Shown here: positions 34,798 to 49,352 of the stretch, piece after piece
How the letters are laid out: the number at the start of each line of letters is the position of its first letter
Numbering within the stretch: position 1 is the stretch's first letter
DNA from: Trichococcus sp.
GTDB taxonomy: Bacteria; Bacillota; Bacilli; Lactobacillales; Aerococcaceae
Length of the DNA: 64,000 bases
Assembly (NCBI RefSeq): GCF_049589555.1
Contig: NZ_JBAWAZ010000013.1
Span: 187 to 64,186, forward strand
Direction of reading: 5' to 3'
Position numbers and translations under genes: made by a program
Notes under the pieces: model-generated
Seen by the model: only the letters and a program-made list of their open reading frames with translations
Database searches by the model: none
What the model was told of the DNA's origin: nothing

Positions 34798-34826
34798 TTG
34801 CTTTAACTAATGGGATTATGTATAAT
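34798..34826 (+). promoter_or_regulatory. Main (P2) sigmaA-type promoter of the S10 operon
   Basis: TTGCTT (34798-34803), 17-nt spacer, TGTATAAT extended -10 (TATAAT 34821-34826). Confidence 0.7.
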
Positions 34827-34834
34827 ATATTGGT

Positions 34835-34999
34835 ACGGCATTCATGGTTATGAATAATGTATTGGGGACCGTTCATTCGGGAACTGCAGCTAAGAGACGA
34901 GAGGTTGCGACACACCCGGTCGCTTTGTCACGGCGGGTGTGCCGGGGAATTTTCGTGGAGCTAGTCTTATGAATTACATCTGACGAAGGAGGGAACAAC
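34835..34999 (+). promoter_or_regulatory. Structured 5' leader of the S10 operon (possible autoregulatory/attenuator element)
   Basis: ~165-nt untranslated leader with a GC-rich hairpin CACACCCG (34911-34918) / CGGGTGTG (34934-34941), followed by GGGGAATTTTC. A regulatory role is assumed by analogy with L4-controlled S10 leaders. Confidence 0.4.
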
Positions 35000-35308
35000 A
35001 TGGCAAAACAAAAAATACGTATTCGTTTAAAAGCATATGAACACCGTGCTCTTGATCAATCAGCGGATAAAATCGTGGAAACAGCAAAAAGAACGGGAGC
35101 TACCGTTTCTGGTCCGATTCCATTGCCGACTGAAAGATCACTATACACAGTGATCCGTGCTACTCACAAGTACAAAGATTCTCGTGAGCAGTTCGAAATG
35201 CTTACACACAAACGTCTAATCGACATCATCAACCCAACAACAAAAACTGTTGACGCTTTGATGAAGCTTGACTTACCAAGCGGCGTAGACATCGAAATCA
35301 AATTATAA
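35000..35308 (+). CDS. rpsJ: 30S ribosomal protein S10
   Basis: [21 protein letters not shown]... Confidence 0.98.
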   Translation: MAKQKIRIRLKAYEHRALDQSADKIVETAKRTGATVSGPIPLPTERSLYTVIRATHKYKDSREQFEMLTHKRLIDIINPTTKTVDALMKLDLPSGVDIEIKL

Positions 35309-35346
35309 TCAAACCTATCATATAAAAAACAAACGGAGGTGTTACC

Positions 35347-35985
35347 ATGACCAAAGGAATCTTAGGCAAAAAAGTAGGAATGACTCAATTCTTTACTGCA
35401 AACGGTGAGTTAGTACCAGTTACAGTTATCGAAGCTACTCCAAACGTTGTTTTACAAGTTAAAACTAACGAAACGGACGGCTACGAAGCGGTACAACTAG
35501 GCTACCAAGAAATGCGTGAAGTATTGTCAAACAAACCTGCTAAGGGTCATGCAGCAAAAGCAAAAACTGCTCCTAAGCGCTTCATTCGTGAATTTAACAA
35601 TGTTGAGCTAGGAGAATACGAAGTAGGAAAAGAAATCAAAGTTGATATCTTTGAAGCCGGCGACATTGTTGATGTCACTGGTACCACTAAAGGACATGGC
35701 TTCCAAGGCGTAATCAAACGTCACGGACAAAGCCGCGGACCAATGGCCCACGGATCTCGTTACCATCGTCGTCCGGGTTCAATGGGTGCTGCTTCATTCC
35801 CATCCCGCGTATTCAAAGGTAAAAAATTAGCAGGACGTATGGGTAACGATCGCGTTACTATCCAAAACCTTGAAGTCGTTATGGTTGACGTTGAGAAAAA
35901 CGTAATCCTGATCAAAGGTAACGTACCTGGTTCTAAAAAATCATTAATCGAAATCAAAGTAGCTCGCAAAGCTGCAAACAAATAA
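35347..35985 (+). CDS. rplC: 50S ribosomal protein L3
   Basis: [17 protein letters not shown]...; operon order. Confidence 0.98.
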   Translation: MTKGILGKKVGMTQFFTANGELVPVTVIEATPNVVLQVKTNETDGYEAVQLGYQEMREVLSNKPAKGHAAKAKTAPKRFIREFNNVELGEYEVGKEIKVDIFEAGDIVDVTGTTKGHGFQGVIKRHGQSRGPMAHGSRYHRRPGSMGAASFPSRVFKGKKLAGRMGNDRVTIQNLEVVMVDVEKNVILIKGNVPGSKKSLIEIKVARKAANK

Positions 35986-36011
35986 TATAAAAGAGAGGAG
36001 GAACGAGAAAA

Positions 36012-36635
36012 ATGCCAAACGTAGCCTTATTTAAACAAGATGGAACACAAAACGGTGAAGTAACTTTGAATGAAGAAATCTTTGGGATTGAGCCTAACGA
36101 AAACGTTGTTTACGATGCAATCATCATGCAACGCGCTTCTTTAAGACAAGGAACTCACGCAGTAAAAAACCGCAGCGCTGTCAGCGGTGGTGGTCGTAAA
36201 CCATGGAAACAAAAAGGAACAGGCCGTGCACGCCAAGGTTCAATCCGTTCACCACAATGGGTTGGCGGTGGAGTTGTCTTTGGACCAACACCTCGTTCTT
36301 ACAGCTATAAATTAAACAAGAAAGTTCGTCGCTTAGCTATCAAATCAGTTCTTTCAACGAAAGTTGCTGAAGGAGACTTGATCGTAGTTGAAACATTGAA
36401 CTTCGATGCACCAAAAACAAAAGAATTTGCAAATGTGTTGAAAAACCTTAACGTTGATACGAAAGTATTGGTTGTTGTAGAAAACGACAACGATTTTGCA
36501 GCATTATCAGCACGTAACCTTCCTGGCGTAACAGTCGTTAACGAAACAGGAATCAACGTATTGGATGTTGTTTCAAACAACAAATTAGTCTTGACACAAG
36601 CTGCTCTTTCTAAGGTAGAGGAGGCTCTTATATAA
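36012..36635 (+). CDS. rplD: 50S ribosomal protein L4
   Basis: [17 protein letters not shown]...[19 protein letters not shown]. Confidence 0.98.
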   Translation: MPNVALFKQDGTQNGEVTLNEEIFGIEPNENVVYDAIIMQRASLRQGTHAVKNRSAVSGGGRKPWKQKGTGRARQGSIRSPQWVGGGVVFGPTPRSYSYKLNKKVRRLAIKSVLSTKVAEGDLIVVETLNFDAPKTKEFANVLKNLNVDTKVLVVVENDNDFAALSARNLPGVTVVNETGINVLDVVSNNKLVLTQAALSKVEEALI

Positions 36636-36919
36636 TGGAAGCAACAGACGTTATCAAACGCCCAATCATCACGGAAGCTTCTATGCTTGCAATGGATGAA
36701 AAGAAATATACCTTTGAAGTGGATGTACGTGCTAACAAAACATTGGTTAAACAATCTATCGAATCATTGTTCGGTGTAGATGTTAAAAACGTAAACATCA
36801 TGAATGTACGCGGCAAACTTAAACGTATGGGCAAATACAAAGGCTATACAAAAAAACGCCGTAAAGCAATCATCACTTTGACTGAAAATTCTAAAACAAT
36901 CGAATTATTCGAAAATTAA
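36635..36919 (+). CDS. rplW: 50S ribosomal protein L23
   Basis: [13 protein letters not shown]...; start overlaps the rplD stop. Confidence 0.97.
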   Translation: MEATDVIKRPIITEASMLAMDEKKYTFEVDVRANKTLVKQSIESLFGVDVKNVNIMNVRGKLKRMGKYKGYTKKRRKAIITLTENSKTIELFEN

Positions 36920-36953
36920 TTTACTGAAATAATCAAATAGGAGGGGAAAAAAC

Positions 36954-37784
36954 GTGGCGATTAAGAAATACAAACCTACCACAAACGGCCGTCGTAATAT
37001 GACTGGTTCTGATTTCGCAGAGATCACAAAAACAACACCTGAGAAATCTTTGATCGAACCAATCAAAAGAAAAGCTGGCCGCAACAACCAAGGTAAAATT
37101 ACCGTTCGTCATCAAGCTGGTGGACACAAACGTGCTTACCGTGTGATCGACTTCAAACGTAATAAAGATGGAGTCGTTGGTATCGTCAAAGCTGTCGAGT
37201 ACGATCCAAACCGCACTGCAAACATCGCGTTGATCCAATATGTTGATGGAATCAAAACTTACATTATTGCCCCTAAAGGCATCGAAGTAGGCCAACAAAT
37301 CGAATCTGGAGTAGGATCTGATATCAAAATCGGAAACGCAATGCCATTGTCAACTATCCCAGTCGGTACTGTTATCCACAACATCGAAACAAAACCAGGC
37401 AAAGGCGGTCAATTGATCCGTTCAGCTGGTACAAGTGCTCAAGTACTTGGACAAGAAGGTAAATATACACTAGTTCGTTTGAACTCAAGCGAAGTACGTT
37501 TAATCCTTTCAACTTGCCGTGCAACAATCGGTTCAGTAGGTAACGAACAACACGAATTGATCAACATCGGTAAAGCTGGACGTAACCGTTGGTTGGGTAA
37601 ACGCCCTACTGTCCGTGGTTCTGTAATGAACCCGAACGATCACCCACACGGTGGTGGTGAAGGTAAATCTCCAATCGGACGCAAAGCGCCAGTTACTCCT
37701 TGGGGTAAACCTGCTCTTGGTTACAAAACTCGTAGCAAGAAAGCTAAATCTAGCAAGCTAATCGTTCGTGGACGTAAAAAATAA
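36954..37784 (+). CDS. rplB: 50S ribosomal protein L2
   Basis: [17 protein letters not shown]...; GTG start after AGGAGGGG. Confidence 0.98.
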   Translation: MAIKKYKPTTNGRRNMTGSDFAEITKTTPEKSLIEPIKRKAGRNNQGKITVRHQAGGHKRAYRVIDFKRNKDGVVGIVKAVEYDPNRTANIALIQYVDGIKTYIIAPKGIEVGQQIESGVGSDIKIGNAMPLSTIPVGTVIHNIETKPGKGGQLIRSAGTSAQVLGQEGKYTLVRLNSSEVRLILSTCRATIGSVGNEQHELINIGKAGRNRWLGKRPTVRGSVMNPNDHPHGGGEGKSPIGRKAPVTPWGKPALGYKTRSKKAKSSKLIVRGRKK

Positions 37785-37837
37785 TTATCACAACAATAAT
37801 TAACTGAAGCAACACATAATCGAAAGGAGGCTTCACC

Positions 37838-38119
37838 ATGGGTCGTAGTTTGAAAAAAGGACCTTTTGTCGATGAACATTTAATTAAGAAAGTTGAAGCT
37901 GCTCTAGCTAGCGAAAAGAAACAAGTAATTAAAACTTGGTCTCGCCGCTCTACAATTTTCCCACAATTCATCGGACAAACGATTGCAGTTTATGATGGAA
38001 GAAAACACGTTCCAGTTTACATTCAAGAAGACATGGTAGGACACAAATTAGGAGAATTCGCTCCAACAAGAACATACCGTGGCCATGCCGCAGACGACAA
38101 GAAAACAGGTCGCCGTTAA
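37838..38119 (+). CDS. rpsS: 30S ribosomal protein S19
   Basis: [15 protein letters not shown]... Confidence 0.98.
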   Translation: MGRSLKKGPFVDEHLIKKVEAALASEKKQVIKTWSRRSTIFPQFIGQTIAVYDGRKHVPVYIQEDMVGHKLGEFAPTRTYRGHAADDKKTGRR

Positions 38120-38139
38120 TTACGAGGGGAGGAAATAAC

Positions 38140-38496
38140 ATGCCAGAACAAATCACAGCTGCAAAAGCATCTGCACAAACTGTTCGCATTGCCGCTCGTA
38201 AGGTTCGTTTAGTAGTGGATCTTATCAGAGGCAAGAGCATCGGAGAAGCAATCTCCATTCTGAAATTCACACCGCGTGGCGCTTCGCCCGTTGTAGAAAA
38301 AGTGTTGATGTCAGCAATTGCCAATGCAGAACATAATTATGATTTAGATATCGAAAACTTGGTAGTAAGCGAGGCTTATGTTAACGAAGGACCAACGATG
38401 AAACGTTTCCGTCCACGTGCAAAAGGATCAGCTTCACCAATCATGAAACGTACTAGCCACATCACAATCGTGGTATCAGAAAAGAAGGAGGGATAA
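38140..38496 (+). CDS. rplV: 50S ribosomal protein L22
   Basis: [25 protein letters not shown]... Confidence 0.98.
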   Translation: MPEQITAAKASAQTVRIAARKVRLVVDLIRGKSIGEAISILKFTPRGASPVVEKVLMSAIANAEHNYDLDIENLVVSEAYVNEGPTMKRFRPRAKGSASPIMKRTSHITIVVSEKKEG

Positions 38497-38499
38497 TCT

Positions 38500-39156
38500 G
38501 TGGGTCAAAAAATTCATCCATTAGGATTACGTGTCGGCATCATTCGTGACTGGGATGCTAAATGGTACGCTGAAAAAGATTTCGCAGCTTTCTTACATGA
38601 AGATTTACGTATCCGTAAATATATCGAAAAGAACTTAAGCGAAGCTTCTGTTTCTAAAATTGAAATTGAACGTGCGGCTAACCGCGTGAACGTTTCTATT
38701 CATACTGCCAAACCTGGTATGGTAATCGGTAAAGGCGGTTCTGAAGTTGAAAAAACTCGTAAAGAGTTAAATGAACTGACTGGTAAAAAAGTACACATCA
38801 ACATCGTGGAAATCAAAAGACCAGACTTGGATGCTAAATTGGTTGCTGAAGGTATCGCTAAACAGTTGGAAAACCGTGTAGCTTTCCGTCGTGCTCAAAA
38901 ACAAGCTATCCAACGTACAATGAGATCTGGCGCTAAAGGGATCAAAACGCAAGTTTCTGGTCGTTTGAATGGTGCAGATATCGCTCGTGCTGAAACTCAT
39001 GCTGAAGGAACTGTTCCATTGCATACATTGCGTGCGGACATCGACTACGCTTGGGAAGAAGCAGACACAACTTATGGTAAATTAGGCGTTAAAGTTTGGA
39101 TTTACCGTGGTGAAGTTTTACCAGCAAAAAAAACAACTGAGAAAGGAGGGAAATAA
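38500..39156 (+). CDS. rpsC: 30S ribosomal protein S3
   Basis: [24 protein letters not shown]...; GTG start. Confidence 0.98.
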   Translation: MGQKIHPLGLRVGIIRDWDAKWYAEKDFAAFLHEDLRIRKYIEKNLSEASVSKIEIERAANRVNVSIHTAKPGMVIGKGGSEVEKTRKELNELTGKKVHINIVEIKRPDLDAKLVAEGIAKQLENRVAFRRAQKQAIQRTMRSGAKGIKTQVSGRLNGADIARAETHAEGTVPLHTLRADIDYAWEEADTTYGKLGVKVWIYRGEVLPAKKTTEKGGK

Positions 39157-39159
39157 CCA

Positions 39160-39594
39160 ATGTTAGTACCTAAACGTGTAAAACACCGTCGTGAGTTCCG
39201 TGGAAAAATGCGCGGAGAAGCTAAAGGCGGAAAAGAAGTAGTTTTCGGCGAATATGGTTTGCAAGCTATTGACTCTCATTGGATCACAAACCGTCAGATC
39301 GAAGCTGCTCGTATCGCTATGACTCGTTACATGAAACGTGGTGGGAAAGTTTGGATCAAAATATTCCCTCACAAATCATATACATCCAAAGCTATCGGAG
39401 TCCGTATGGGTTCTGGTAAAGGGGCACCTGAAGGTTGGGTATCTCCAGTTAAACGCGGCAAAATCATGTTCGAAGTAGCAGGCGTCCCTGAAGAAGTGGC
39501 ACGCGAAGCTCTACGTCTTGCATCTCACAAATTGCCAGTTAAAACAAAAATTGTAAAACGTAAAGAAATTGGTGGTGAATCGAATGAAGGCTAA
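39160..39594 (+). CDS. rplP: 50S ribosomal protein L16
   Basis: [19 protein letters not shown]... Confidence 0.98.
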   Translation: MLVPKRVKHRREFRGKMRGEAKGGKEVVFGEYGLQAIDSHWITNRQIEAARIAMTRYMKRGGKVWIKIFPHKSYTSKAIGVRMGSGKGAPEGWVSPVKRGKIMFEVAGVPEEVAREALRLASHKLPVKTKIVKRKEIGGESNEG

Positions 39595-39778
39595 TGAACT
39601 TAAAGAGTTATCCACTGCTGAAATGATTGATAAAGAAAAACAATTCAAAGATGAATTATTCAATCTACGATTCCAACTTGCAACCGGACAGTTAGAAAAT
39701 ACTGCCCGCTTGAAAGAAGTACGCAAATCAATTGCACGTATTAAAACTGTATTGCGACAACAAGAATTGCAAAAATAG
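39584..39778 (+). CDS. rpmC: 50S ribosomal protein L29
   Basis: [31 protein letters not shown]; ATG 39584 overlaps the rplP end. Confidence 0.96.
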   Translation: MKANELKELSTAEMIDKEKQFKDELFNLRFQLATGQLENTARLKEVRKSIARIKTVLRQQELQK

Positions 39779-39805
39779 TAGATCAGCAAAGGAGGTCACA
39801 ACGAA

Positions 39806-40072
39806 ATGACTGAAGAACGTAACCAACGTAAAGTCTACCAAGGTGTTGTTGTTTCCGATAAGATGGATAAAACAATTGTTGTAGAAGTATCTACAACAAA
39901 AACACATTCAACTTATGGTAAACGCGTTAAGTACTCTAAAAAGTACAAAGCACATGATGAAAACAACCAAGCTAAAATGGGAGATGTAGTTAGAATTATG
40001 GAGACTCGTCCTCTATCTGCTACTAAAAACTTCCGCTTGCTCGAAGTTGTTGAAGAATCAGTAATCATCTAA
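39806..40072 (+). CDS. rpsQ: 30S ribosomal protein S17
   Basis: [23 protein letters not shown]... Confidence 0.98.
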   Translation: MTEERNQRKVYQGVVVSDKMDKTIVVEVSTTKTHSTYGKRVKYSKKYKAHDENNQAKMGDVVRIMETRPLSATKNFRLLEVVEESVII

Positions 40073-40115
40073 TCAGACAAATAAATATTTTTATATCCGG
40101 AAGGAGGATACTGAA

Positions 40116-40484
40116 GTGATACAAACAGAATCCCGCTTAAGAGTTGCCGATAATTCAGGCGCTAAAGAAGTGTTAACTATCAAAGTGTTAGGTGGTTCAA
40201 ACCGCAAATTCGCAGGAATTGGTGATACAATCGTCTGCACAGTAAAACAAGCTACACCCGGTGGTGTTGTCAAAAAGGGTGATGTAGTTAAAGCTGTTAT
40301 CGTTCGTACGAAACACGGCGCACACCGTAAAGATGGTTCTTACATCAAATTTGACGAAAATGCTTGTGTAATCATTCGTGACGACAAGAGCCCTCGTGGA
40401 ACACGTATCTTTGGACCAGTTGCACGTGAATTGCGTGACAACAACTACATGAAGATCGTTTCCCTTGCTCCAGAAGTATTGTAA
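40116..40484 (+). CDS. rplN: 50S ribosomal protein L14
   Basis: [20 protein letters not shown]...; GTG start. Confidence 0.98.
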   Translation: MIQTESRLRVADNSGAKEVLTIKVLGGSNRKFAGIGDTIVCTVKQATPGGVVKKGDVVKAVIVRTKHGAHRKDGSYIKFDENACVIIRDDKSPRGTRIFGPVARELRDNNYMKIVSLAPEVL

Positions 40485-40518
40485 TCAACTGTCATAAATG
40501 AAGGAGGTGCAACAAAGC

Positions 40519-40827
40519 ATGCACGTAAAAACTGGTGATAAAGTTAAAGTCATTACTGGAAAAGATAAAGGTAAAGAAGGAGTCATCCTTAAAACTTTCC
40601 CTAAAAAAGATCGTGTTATTGTCGAAGGCATTAATATTGTCAAGAAACATCGCAAAGCTTCTCAAACAAACCCAACAGGTGGAATTCTTGAAGAAGCAGC
40701 ACCTATCCATGTTTCTAACATTATGTTAATTGATGCTAAAACTGGCGAACCTACTCGCGTAGGATCTAAAGTCGTAGATGGCAAAAAAGTCCGCGTTTCC
40801 AAAAAAACCGGCGAAATCATTGATTAA
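40519..40827 (+). CDS. rplX: 50S ribosomal protein L24
   Basis: [21 protein letters not shown]...; ATG 40519 after GAAGGAGGTG. Confidence 0.97.
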   Translation: MHVKTGDKVKVITGKDKGKEGVILKTFPKKDRVIVEGINIVKKHRKASQTNPTGGILEEAAPIHVSNIMLIDAKTGEPTRVGSKVVDGKKVRVSKKTGEIID

Positions 40828-40853
40828 TTATTAGAGGAAGGAGGATATTCTAA

Positions 40854-41393
40854 ATGAATCGTTTAAAAGAAAGATACACAAAAGAAATCGTTCCATCATT
40901 GATGGAAAAATTTGAATACACTTCAATCATGCAAACACCTAAAATTGACAAAATTGTCATCAACATGGGTGTGGGTGATGCAGTTTCAAACACAAAAAAC
41001 CTAGATAAAGCAGTTGAAGAACTAACTTTGATCTCTGGTCAAAAACCAGTCATCACATTAGCTAAAAAATCAATCGCTGCATTCCGTTTACGTGAAGGTA
41101 TGCCTATCGGCACTAAAGTTACTTTACGTGGCGAAAGAATGTACGACTTCTTGGATAAACTAGTAACAGTTTCATTACCACGTGTACGTGACTTCCGTGG
41201 GATCAGCAAAAAATCTTTTGATGGTCGTGGAAACTATACTTTAGGTATCAAAGAACAATTGATTTTCCCAGAAGTTGACTATGATAGAGTCGACAAAGTA
41301 CGTGGTATGGATATCGTTATCGTAACTACTGCTAACACTGACGAAGAATCAAGAGAATTATTGACACAACTTGGAATGCCATTCCAAAAATAA
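40854..41393 (+). CDS. rplE: 50S ribosomal protein L5
   Basis: [20 protein letters not shown]... Confidence 0.98.
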   Translation: MNRLKERYTKEIVPSLMEKFEYTSIMQTPKIDKIVINMGVGDAVSNTKNLDKAVEELTLISGQKPVITLAKKSIAAFRLREGMPIGTKVTLRGERMYDFLDKLVTVSLPRVRDFRGISKKSFDGRGNYTLGIKEQLIFPEVDYDRVDKVRGMDIVIVTTANTDEESRELLTQLGMPFQK

Positions 41394-41413
41394 GCTAAGG
41401 AGGCGAATAATAA

Positions 41414-41599
41414 TTGGCTAAAAAATCCATGATTGCTAAAAACAAACGTCCCGCAAAACATTCTACTCAAGCTTACTCTCGTTGTGAACGTTGCGGACGT
41501 CCACATTCAGTTTATCGCAAATTCAAACTTTGCCGTATTTGCTTCCGTGAACTTGCCTATAAAGGACAAATTCCCGGCGTGAAAAAGGCTAGCTGGTAA
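41414..41599 (+). CDS. rpsN: 30S ribosomal protein S14, short zinc-binding (type Z) form
   Basis: 61 aa, [13 protein letters not shown]..., two CxxC pairs (CERCG, CRIC); TTG start. Confidence 0.96.
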   Translation: MAKKSMIAKNKRPAKHSTQAYSRCERCGRPHSVYRKFKLCRICFRELAYKGQIPGVKKASW

Positions 41600-41633
41600 T
41601 TTAACCATACTCGCAAAAGGAGGTATAATGTAA

Positions 41634-42032
41634 ATGGTCATGACAGATCCAATCGCAGATTTCTTAACTCGTATTCGTAATGCCAACATGGTACGTCACG
41701 AATCTTTAGAAGTGCCTGCATCAAAGACAAAATTAGAGATCGCTAACATTCTTAAGGCTGAAGGTTTCATCAAAAACTTTGATTACACTTCAGACGACAA
41801 ACAAGGTGTTATCCGTGTATTCTTAAAATATGGTCCAAACAACGAACGCGTCATCACTGGTTTGAAACGTATTTCAAAACCAGGTTTGCGTGTATACGCT
41901 AAAACTGGCGACATCCCTAAAGTATTGAATGGTTTAGGAATCGCAATCGTGTCTACTTCGGAAGGTGTTATCACCGACAAAGAAGCAAGAGCGAAAAACA
42001 TCGGCGGCGAAGTATTAGCTTACATTTGGTAA
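41634..42032 (+). CDS. rpsH: 30S ribosomal protein S8
   Basis: [20 protein letters not shown]... Confidence 0.98.
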   Translation: MVMTDPIADFLTRIRNANMVRHESLEVPASKTKLEIANILKAEGFIKNFDYTSDDKQGVIRVFLKYGPNNERVITGLKRISKPGLRVYAKTGDIPKVLNGLGIAIVSTSEGVITDKEARAKNIGGEVLAYIW

Positions 42033-42071
42033 TTTTCAAAAAATAAGAGAAGATAAAGGAGGTGCAGCCCT

Positions 42072-42608
42072 GTGAGTCGTATTGGAAATAAAGCAATCGA
42101 AATCCCAGCTGGCGTAACCGTTACTCAACAAGGTAACACTGTTACAGTTAAAGGCCCGAAAGGCGAATTAACTAGCACATTTAATGAAATGATCGGCATC
42201 AAGATTGATGGAAACACTGTTACTTTCACTCGTCCTAACGAAGAGAAATTCACTAAATCCATTCATGGTACTACACGCGCGTTGGTAAACAACATGGTTG
42301 TAGGTGTATCTGAAGGATTTATGAAAGAATTGGACTTAGTAGGGGTTGGGTACCGTGCTCAATTGCAAGGTAAAAAACTTGTATTGAACGTCGGTTATTC
42401 TCATCCAGTTGAATTCACACCTGAAGACGGTATCGAAGTGGAAGTACCAACTAACACTAAAATCTTCGTTAAAGGTTACGATAAAGCTAAAGTTGGCGCT
42501 TTGGCAGCCAACATCCGCGGCGTACGCCCACCAGAGCCTTACAAAGGTAAAGGTATCAAGTACACTAACGAAATCATCCGTCGTAAAGAAGGTAAGACAG
42601 GTAAATAA
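42072..42608 (+). CDS. rplF: 50S ribosomal protein L6
   Basis: [18 protein letters not shown]...; GTG start. Confidence 0.98.
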   Translation: MSRIGNKAIEIPAGVTVTQQGNTVTVKGPKGELTSTFNEMIGIKIDGNTVTFTRPNEEKFTKSIHGTTRALVNNMVVGVSEGFMKELDLVGVGYRAQLQGKKLVLNVGYSHPVEFTPEDGIEVEVPTNTKIFVKGYDKAKVGALAANIRGVRPPEPYKGKGIKYTNEIIRRKEGKTGK

Positions 42609-42672
42609 TAGTCCGCTATTATTACTTGCTTCCTGAACGACCCAACAAAATAAATTTAAAGAGGTGACAATT

Positions 42673-43029
42673 GTGATTACTAAACCAGATAAAAACAAAG
42701 TGCGCCAAGCTAGACACGCACGCGTAAGAAGAAAAATCTCTGGTACTGCAGAGTGCCCACGCTTGAACGTTTTCCGTTCCAACAAAAACATCTACGCTCA
42801 ATTAATTGATGACGTAGCGGGTGTGACGCTAGCAAGTGCCTCTACAAAAGAAACAGAAATCGCAACCGGTACTAAAACTGAAGCTGCTGCTGCAGTTGGA
42901 AAATTGATTGCTGAACGTTCTGTTGCTAAAGGTATCAAAAAAGTAGTCTTTGACCGTGGTGGCTATCTGTACCATGGCCGTGTACAGGCTTTAGCTGAAG
43001 CTGCTCGCGAAAATGGACTAGATTTCTAA
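42673..43029 (+). CDS. rplR: 50S ribosomal protein L18
   Basis: [37 protein letters not shown]; GTG 42673 lies 6 nt after GAGGTG (the track starts at 42664). Confidence 0.96.
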   Translation: MITKPDKNKVRQARHARVRRKISGTAECPRLNVFRSNKNIYAQLIDDVAGVTLASASTKETEIATGTKTEAAAAVGKLIAERSVAKGIKKVVFDRGGYLYHGRVQALAEAARENGLDF

Positions 43030-43049
43030 GAAAAGGAGGATAACCACAC

Positions 43050-43550
43050 ATGGTTTATGTTGACCCAAATCATATTGAATTAGAAGACCGCGTTGTTGCG
43101 ATCAATCGTGTAACAAAAGTTGTTAAAGGTGGACGTCGTCTACGTTTTGCTGCTTTAGTTGTTGTAGGAGACAGAAACGGACATGTAGGATTCGGTACTG
43201 GTAAAGCAGCTGAGGTTCCTGAAGCTATTCGTAAAGCTATCGAATCTGCTAAAAAGAGCCTTATTGAAGTTCCAATGTCTGAATCAACAATCCCTCACCA
43301 AGTTATCGGAACTTTCTGTGGCGGTAACGTAATGTTGAAACCTGCTAAATCCGGTTCCGGAGTTTCTGCAGGCGGACCAGTCCGTGCCGTTGTCGAATTA
43401 GCTGGTATCGCTGATATCACAAGCAAATCCCTAGGTTCGAACACACCAATCAACATGGTACGTGCTACAATCGAAGGCTTGAAACAATTGAAAAATGCTG
43501 AAGACGTTGCGAAATTACGCGGCAAAACAGTTGAAGAATTACTAGGATAA
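43050..43550 (+). CDS. rpsE: 30S ribosomal protein S5
   Basis: ...[27 protein letters not shown]... Confidence 0.98.
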   Translation: MVYVDPNHIELEDRVVAINRVTKVVKGGRRLRFAALVVVGDRNGHVGFGTGKAAEVPEAIRKAIESAKKSLIEVPMSESTIPHQVIGTFCGGNVMLKPAKSGSGVSAGGPVRAVVELAGIADITSKSLGSNTPINMVRATIEGLKQLKNAEDVAKLRGKTVEELLG

Positions 43551-43563
43551 GGAGGACTACATA

Positions 43564-43746
43564 ATGGCAGAAGTAAAGATCACTTTAAAACGCAGCTTGA
43601 TTGGACGTCCTCAAAACCAAAAAGATACTTGCAAAGCTTTGGGATTGTCCAAAATCGGCAAATCTGTTGTTAAACCAGCTAACCCAGCTATCTTGGGTAT
43701 GGTCAACACAGTAAGCCACTTAGTTACATCAGAAGAAGTTAAATAA
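43564..43746 (+). CDS. rpmD: 50S ribosomal protein L30
   Basis: [19 protein letters not shown]... Confidence 0.97.
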   Translation: MAEVKITLKRSLIGRPQNQKDTCKALGLSKIGKSVVKPANPAILGMVNTVSHLVTSEEVK

Positions 43747-43779
43747 TAAACATCAGATTAAAGGAGGTGCCAAGTTACT

Positions 43780-44219
43780 ATGAAACTTCATGAATTAAAA
43801 CCTGCTGTAGGTTCACGTAAAGAACGTAACCGTGTCGGTCGCGGATCTTCATCCGGTAATGGTAAAACATCCGGTCGTGGACATAAAGGCCAAAAAGCTC
43901 GTTCAGGCGGCGGTGTGAGACTTGGATTCGAGGGTGGACAAACTCCATTGTTCCGTCGTCTTCCAAAACGTGGATTCACGAACATCAACCGTAAGGAATA
44001 TGCTGTAATCAACTTAGAAATCTTAAACCGTTTCGAAGATGGTACAGAAGTTACTCCAGCTTTATTAGTTGAAACTGGTATTGTCAAAGATGAAAAATCA
44101 GGCATCAAAGTTTTGGGCAACGGAAGCGTTGAGAAAAAACTGACAGTTAAAGCTAATAAATTCTCCGAAGCAGCACAAAAAGCTATCGAAGCTGCAGGTG
44201 GGACTGTTGAGGTGATCTA

Positions 44220-44220
<1 letters not shown>
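43780..44220 (+). CDS. rplO: 50S ribosomal protein L15
   Basis: [22 protein letters not shown]... Confidence 0.98.
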
Positions 44221-46224
<2,004 letters not shown>

Positions 46225-46258
46225 TTGCAAATGTCATTTGAAATTAATCGGAAATTTC

Positions 46259-46287
46259 TTTTCAATCGATACTTGCTATGGTATAAT
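46259..46287 (+). promoter_or_regulatory. Putative internal promoter in front of infA
   Basis: TTTTCA (46259-46264), 17-nt spacer, TGGTATAAT extended -10 (TATAAT 46282-46287). Confidence 0.45.
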
Positions 46288-46359
46288 CTAGCAGTTAGAG
46301 TAAAAATTGCCAAGACATAAGATTAATCAGCTCAACAGAATGTTAGGAGGTTAGCAGGC

Positions 46360-46578
46360 GTGGCGAAAGACGATGTAATTGAGATCGAAGGAGTTGTCGT
46401 TGAAACTTTGCCCAATGCAATGTTTAAAGTCGAACTTGAAAATGGTCACATAGTATTAGCTCACGTATCTGGTAAAATTAGAATGCATTACATCCGCATT
46501 TTGCCAGGCGATAAAGTTACGGTAGAATTATCACCGTACGATCTTACTCGTGGACGCATTACTTACCGCTTTAAATAA
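46360..46578 (+). CDS. infA: Translation initiation factor IF-1
   Basis: [30 protein letters not shown]...; GTG start. Confidence 0.98.
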   Translation: MAKDDVIEIEGVVVETLPNAMFKVELENGHIVLAHVSGKIRMHYIRILPGDKVTVELSPYDLTRGRITYRFK

Positions 46579-46611
46579 TTGCACTCCATCACTAAATAGG
46601 AGGGAATTTAA

Positions 46612-46725
46612 ATGAAAGTTAGAGCATCAGTAAAACCCATTTGCGAAAAATGCAAAGTCATTCGCCGCAATGGTCGTGTTATGGTGATTTGCGAAAATCC
46701 CAAACACAAACAACGCCAAGGATAA
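46612..46725 (+). CDS. rpmJ: 50S ribosomal protein L36
   Basis: Not in the ORF track (37 aa). Translated by hand: [37 protein letters not shown]; AGGAGGG RBS. Confidence 0.95.
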   Translation: MKVRASVKPICEKCKVIRRNGRVMVICENPKHKQRQG

Positions 46726-46745
46726 TAACAAGGAGGTGCCTATAA

Positions 46746-47111
46746 ATGGCTCGTATCGCAGGAGTAGATGTTCCGCGTGACAAACGTGTAGTTATTTCAT
46801 TAACTTATATTTTTGGTATCGGATTAAACACAGCTCAAAAAGTTTTAGCAGCAGCTGAGGTTTCAGAAGATACTCGCGTTCGTGATTTAACGAATGATGA
46901 ATTAGACCGTATCCGTATTGAAGTGGATAAATTAAAGGTTGAAGGCGATCTTCGTCGTGAAGTTAACCTAAATATTAAACGATTGATTGAAATTGGATCT
47001 TACAGAGGAATGCGTCACCGTCGTGGTTTGCCTGTTCGCGGACAAAACACTAAGAACAACGCACGCACTCGTAAAGGCCCAGCTAAAGCAGTCACTGGTA
47101 AGAAAAAATAA
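46746..47111 (+). CDS. rpsM: 30S ribosomal protein S13
   Basis: [26 protein letters not shown]... Confidence 0.98.
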   Translation: MARIAGVDVPRDKRVVISLTYIFGIGLNTAQKVLAAAEVSEDTRVRDLTNDELDRIRIEVDKLKVEGDLRREVNLNIKRLIEIGSYRGMRHRRGLPVRGQNTKNNARTRKGPAKAVTGKKK

Positions 47112-47138
47112 TAATTAAGTGAAGGAGGTCAAAACTTC

Positions 47139-47525
47139 ATGGCTAAAAAAGTAGCTCGCAAACGCCGCGTGAAAAAGAATGTTGAAGCTGGTGTAGCACA
47201 TATCCGCTCAACTTTTAATAATACTATTGTTATGATTACAGATGTTCATGGAAATGCTATTTCATGGTCATCAGCAGGTTCATTAGGATTCAGAGGTTCT
47301 CGTAAATCTACTCCTTATGCTGCACAAATGGCTGCAGAAGCAGCAGCTAAAGTTTCTATGGAACATGGCATGAAAACAGTTGAAGTAGCTGTTAAAGGTC
47401 CTGGTTCTGGACGTGAAGCTGCCATTCGTTCATTACAAGCAGCAGGTTTGGAAGTTACCGCAATCCGCGACGTAACGCCTATTCCTCATAATGGATGCCG
47501 TCCACCAAAACGTCGTCGTGTTTAA
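47139..47525 (+). CDS. rpsK: 30S ribosomal protein S11
   Basis: ...[18 protein letters not shown]...[12 protein letters not shown]. Confidence 0.98.
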   Translation: MAKKVARKRRVKKNVEAGVAHIRSTFNNTIVMITDVHGNAISWSSAGSLGFRGSRKSTPYAAQMAAEAAAKVSMEHGMKTVEVAVKGPGSGREAAIRSLQAAGLEVTAIRDVTPIPHNGCRPPKRRRV

Positions 47526-47606
47526 TTGAGAATTGTACTTGTATGTAACGAAACGCAATGGACTCACTAACATGAACTTCACGTTTTGAAAGGGGTAAAT
47601 TGATAA

Positions 47607-48551
47607 ATGATCGAAATTGAAAAACCAAGAATTGAAACGATTGAGATCAGCGAAGATGCTAAATTCGGCAAATTCGTTGTAGAACCACTAGAACGCGGTT
47701 ATGGAACAACACTTGGGAACTCATTACGTCGAATTCTATTATCTTCACTTCCTGGTACAGCTGTAACAACTATCCAAATCGATGGTGTTCTACACGAATT
47801 TTCAACGATTGATGGTGTTGTCGAGGATGTTACCCAAATCATTCTGAACATCAAAAAATTAGCTTTGAAATTGTATACGGACGAAGACAAAACAATCGAG
47901 ATTGACGTAAAAGGTCCAGCAGTCGTGACTGCAGCGGATATTACCCATGACAGCGATGTGGAAATCTTAAACCCTGATTTATATATATGTACAGTTTCAG
48001 AGGGAGCACATTTTCATGTTCGCTTGGACGTAAAAAATGGCCGTGGTTATGTTCGTTCCGAATATAACAAAACGGAAGATATGCCGATCGGTGTTTTGCC
48101 AGTCGACTCCATCTATACTCCAATCAGCAAAGTGAATTATCAGGTTGAAAACACTCGTATCGGACAAAAAAATATTTACGATAAATTAACGTTGGATGTC
48201 TGGACAGATGGTTCCATCAGCCCGGAAGAAGCAGTCAGCTTGGCTGCCAAAATTTTAACGGAACATTTGAATATTTTTGTTAATCTGACCGATGAAGCCC
48301 GCAAGGCCGAGATAATGGTTGAAAAAGAAGAAACACATAAAGAAAAAATGCTGGAAATGACTATCGAAGAATTGGATTTATCCGTACGTTCTTATAACTG
48401 TTTGAAACGCGCAGGCATCAACACAGTCCAAGAATTGACAGACAAGTCTGAAGCAGAGATGATCAAAGTACGTAATCTGGGACGCAAATCACTTGAAGAA
48501 GTGAAAAACAAGCTGAATGATCTTAATCTAGGCTTGCGTCAAGACGACTAG
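47607..48551 (+). CDS. rpoA: DNA-directed RNA polymerase subunit alpha
   Basis: [42 protein letters not shown]...; C-terminal domain [17 protein letters not shown]. Confidence 0.98.
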   Translation: MIEIEKPRIETIEISEDAKFGKFVVEPLERGYGTTLGNSLRRILLSSLPGTAVTTIQIDGVLHEFSTIDGVVEDVTQIILNIKKLALKLYTDEDKTIEIDVKGPAVVTAADITHDSDVEILNPDLYICTVSEGAHFHVRLDVKNGRGYVRSEYNKTEDMPIGVLPVDSIYTPISKVNYQVENTRIGQKNIYDKLTLDVWTDGSISPEEAVSLAAKILTEHLNIFVNLTDEARKAEIMVEKEETHKEKMLEMTIEELDLSVRSYNCLKRAGINTVQELTDKSEAEMIKVRNLGRKSLEEVKNKLNDLNLGLRQDD

Positions 48552-48577
48552 TACTGTACAAAGGAGGAAAACCTAGG

Positions 48578-48958
48578 ATGGCTTACCGTAAATTAGGACG
48601 CACAAGCGCCCAAAGAAAAGCAATGCTTCGTGATTTGACTACTGACTTACTCATCAACGAACGAATCGTTACAACTGAAGCTCGTGCTAAAGAAATTCGT
48701 TCAACTACTGAAAAGATGATTACTTTAGGCAAACGTGGAGATTTATCTGCTCGTCGTTTAGCAGCAGCATACGTTCGTAACGAAGTTGCAGATGTACGTG
48801 AAGAAGATGACAAAATCGTTGTTCAATCGGCTTTACAAAAATTGTTCTCTGATATCGCACCTCGCTATGCAGAACGTCAAGGCGGATACACACGTATCTT
48901 GAAGACAGAACCTCGTCGTGGCGATGCTGCACCAATGGTTATCATTGAATTAGTATAA
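48578..48958 (+). CDS. rplQ: 50S ribosomal protein L17
   Basis: [30 protein letters not shown]... Confidence 0.98.
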   Translation: MAYRKLGRTSAQRKAMLRDLTTDLLINERIVTTEARAKEIRSTTEKMITLGKRGDLSARRLAAAYVRNEVADVREEDDKIVVQSALQKLFSDIAPRYAERQGGYTRILKTEPRRGDAAPMVIIELV

Positions 48959-49052
48959 TTCAATCGCATAAAGATGAAACGTTCACTTTTAGATGAAATA
49001 GAGTGTTATGATGATGGGATTGCTTCTGGCTCCCCTAGTCTAGCTCAAGGTT

Positions 49053-49090
49053 CTTCCGAAGATCGCATGATTTTCGGAAGGGCATTTTTT
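49053..49090 (+). terminator. Rho-independent terminator after rplQ
   Basis: CTTCCGAA (49053-49060) / TTCGGAAG (49073-49080) hairpin, then GGCATTTTTT. Confidence 0.7.
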
Positions 49091-49116
49091 CATCAAAAAA
49101 AGTGCTTTTTTTATCA

Positions 49117-49157
49117 AAAGAAACTAGAAAATGCTAATATATTTTCTAGTTTCTTTT
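49117..49157 (+). terminator. Second terminator hairpin (perfect 16-bp stem)
   Basis: AAAGAAACTAGAAAAT (49117-49132) pairs perfectly with ATTTTCTAGTTTCTTT (49141-49156). Confidence 0.7.
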
Positions 49158-49352
49158 GATATATAAATAAAAGCGTTTTATTTCTGTACCGTGTCAAGAC
49201 AGTGGATGAAAAATATGGAAGAGTAGTTTATACTTACAAAGTAGACATTCCTTTTCCGTAATTTTCATCTTTTTTTATACCCGCTGGGCTGTGGGGCGGA
49301 TGAACGGTTACGGGCAGTAAGATTCAACTATAGAGAAAGTAGGACAGCCATC

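Noticed and set aside
48974-49159. 61-aa plus-strand ORF after rplQ
   Set aside because: It is built almost entirely from the two or three terminator hairpins and A/T runs, with no RBS.
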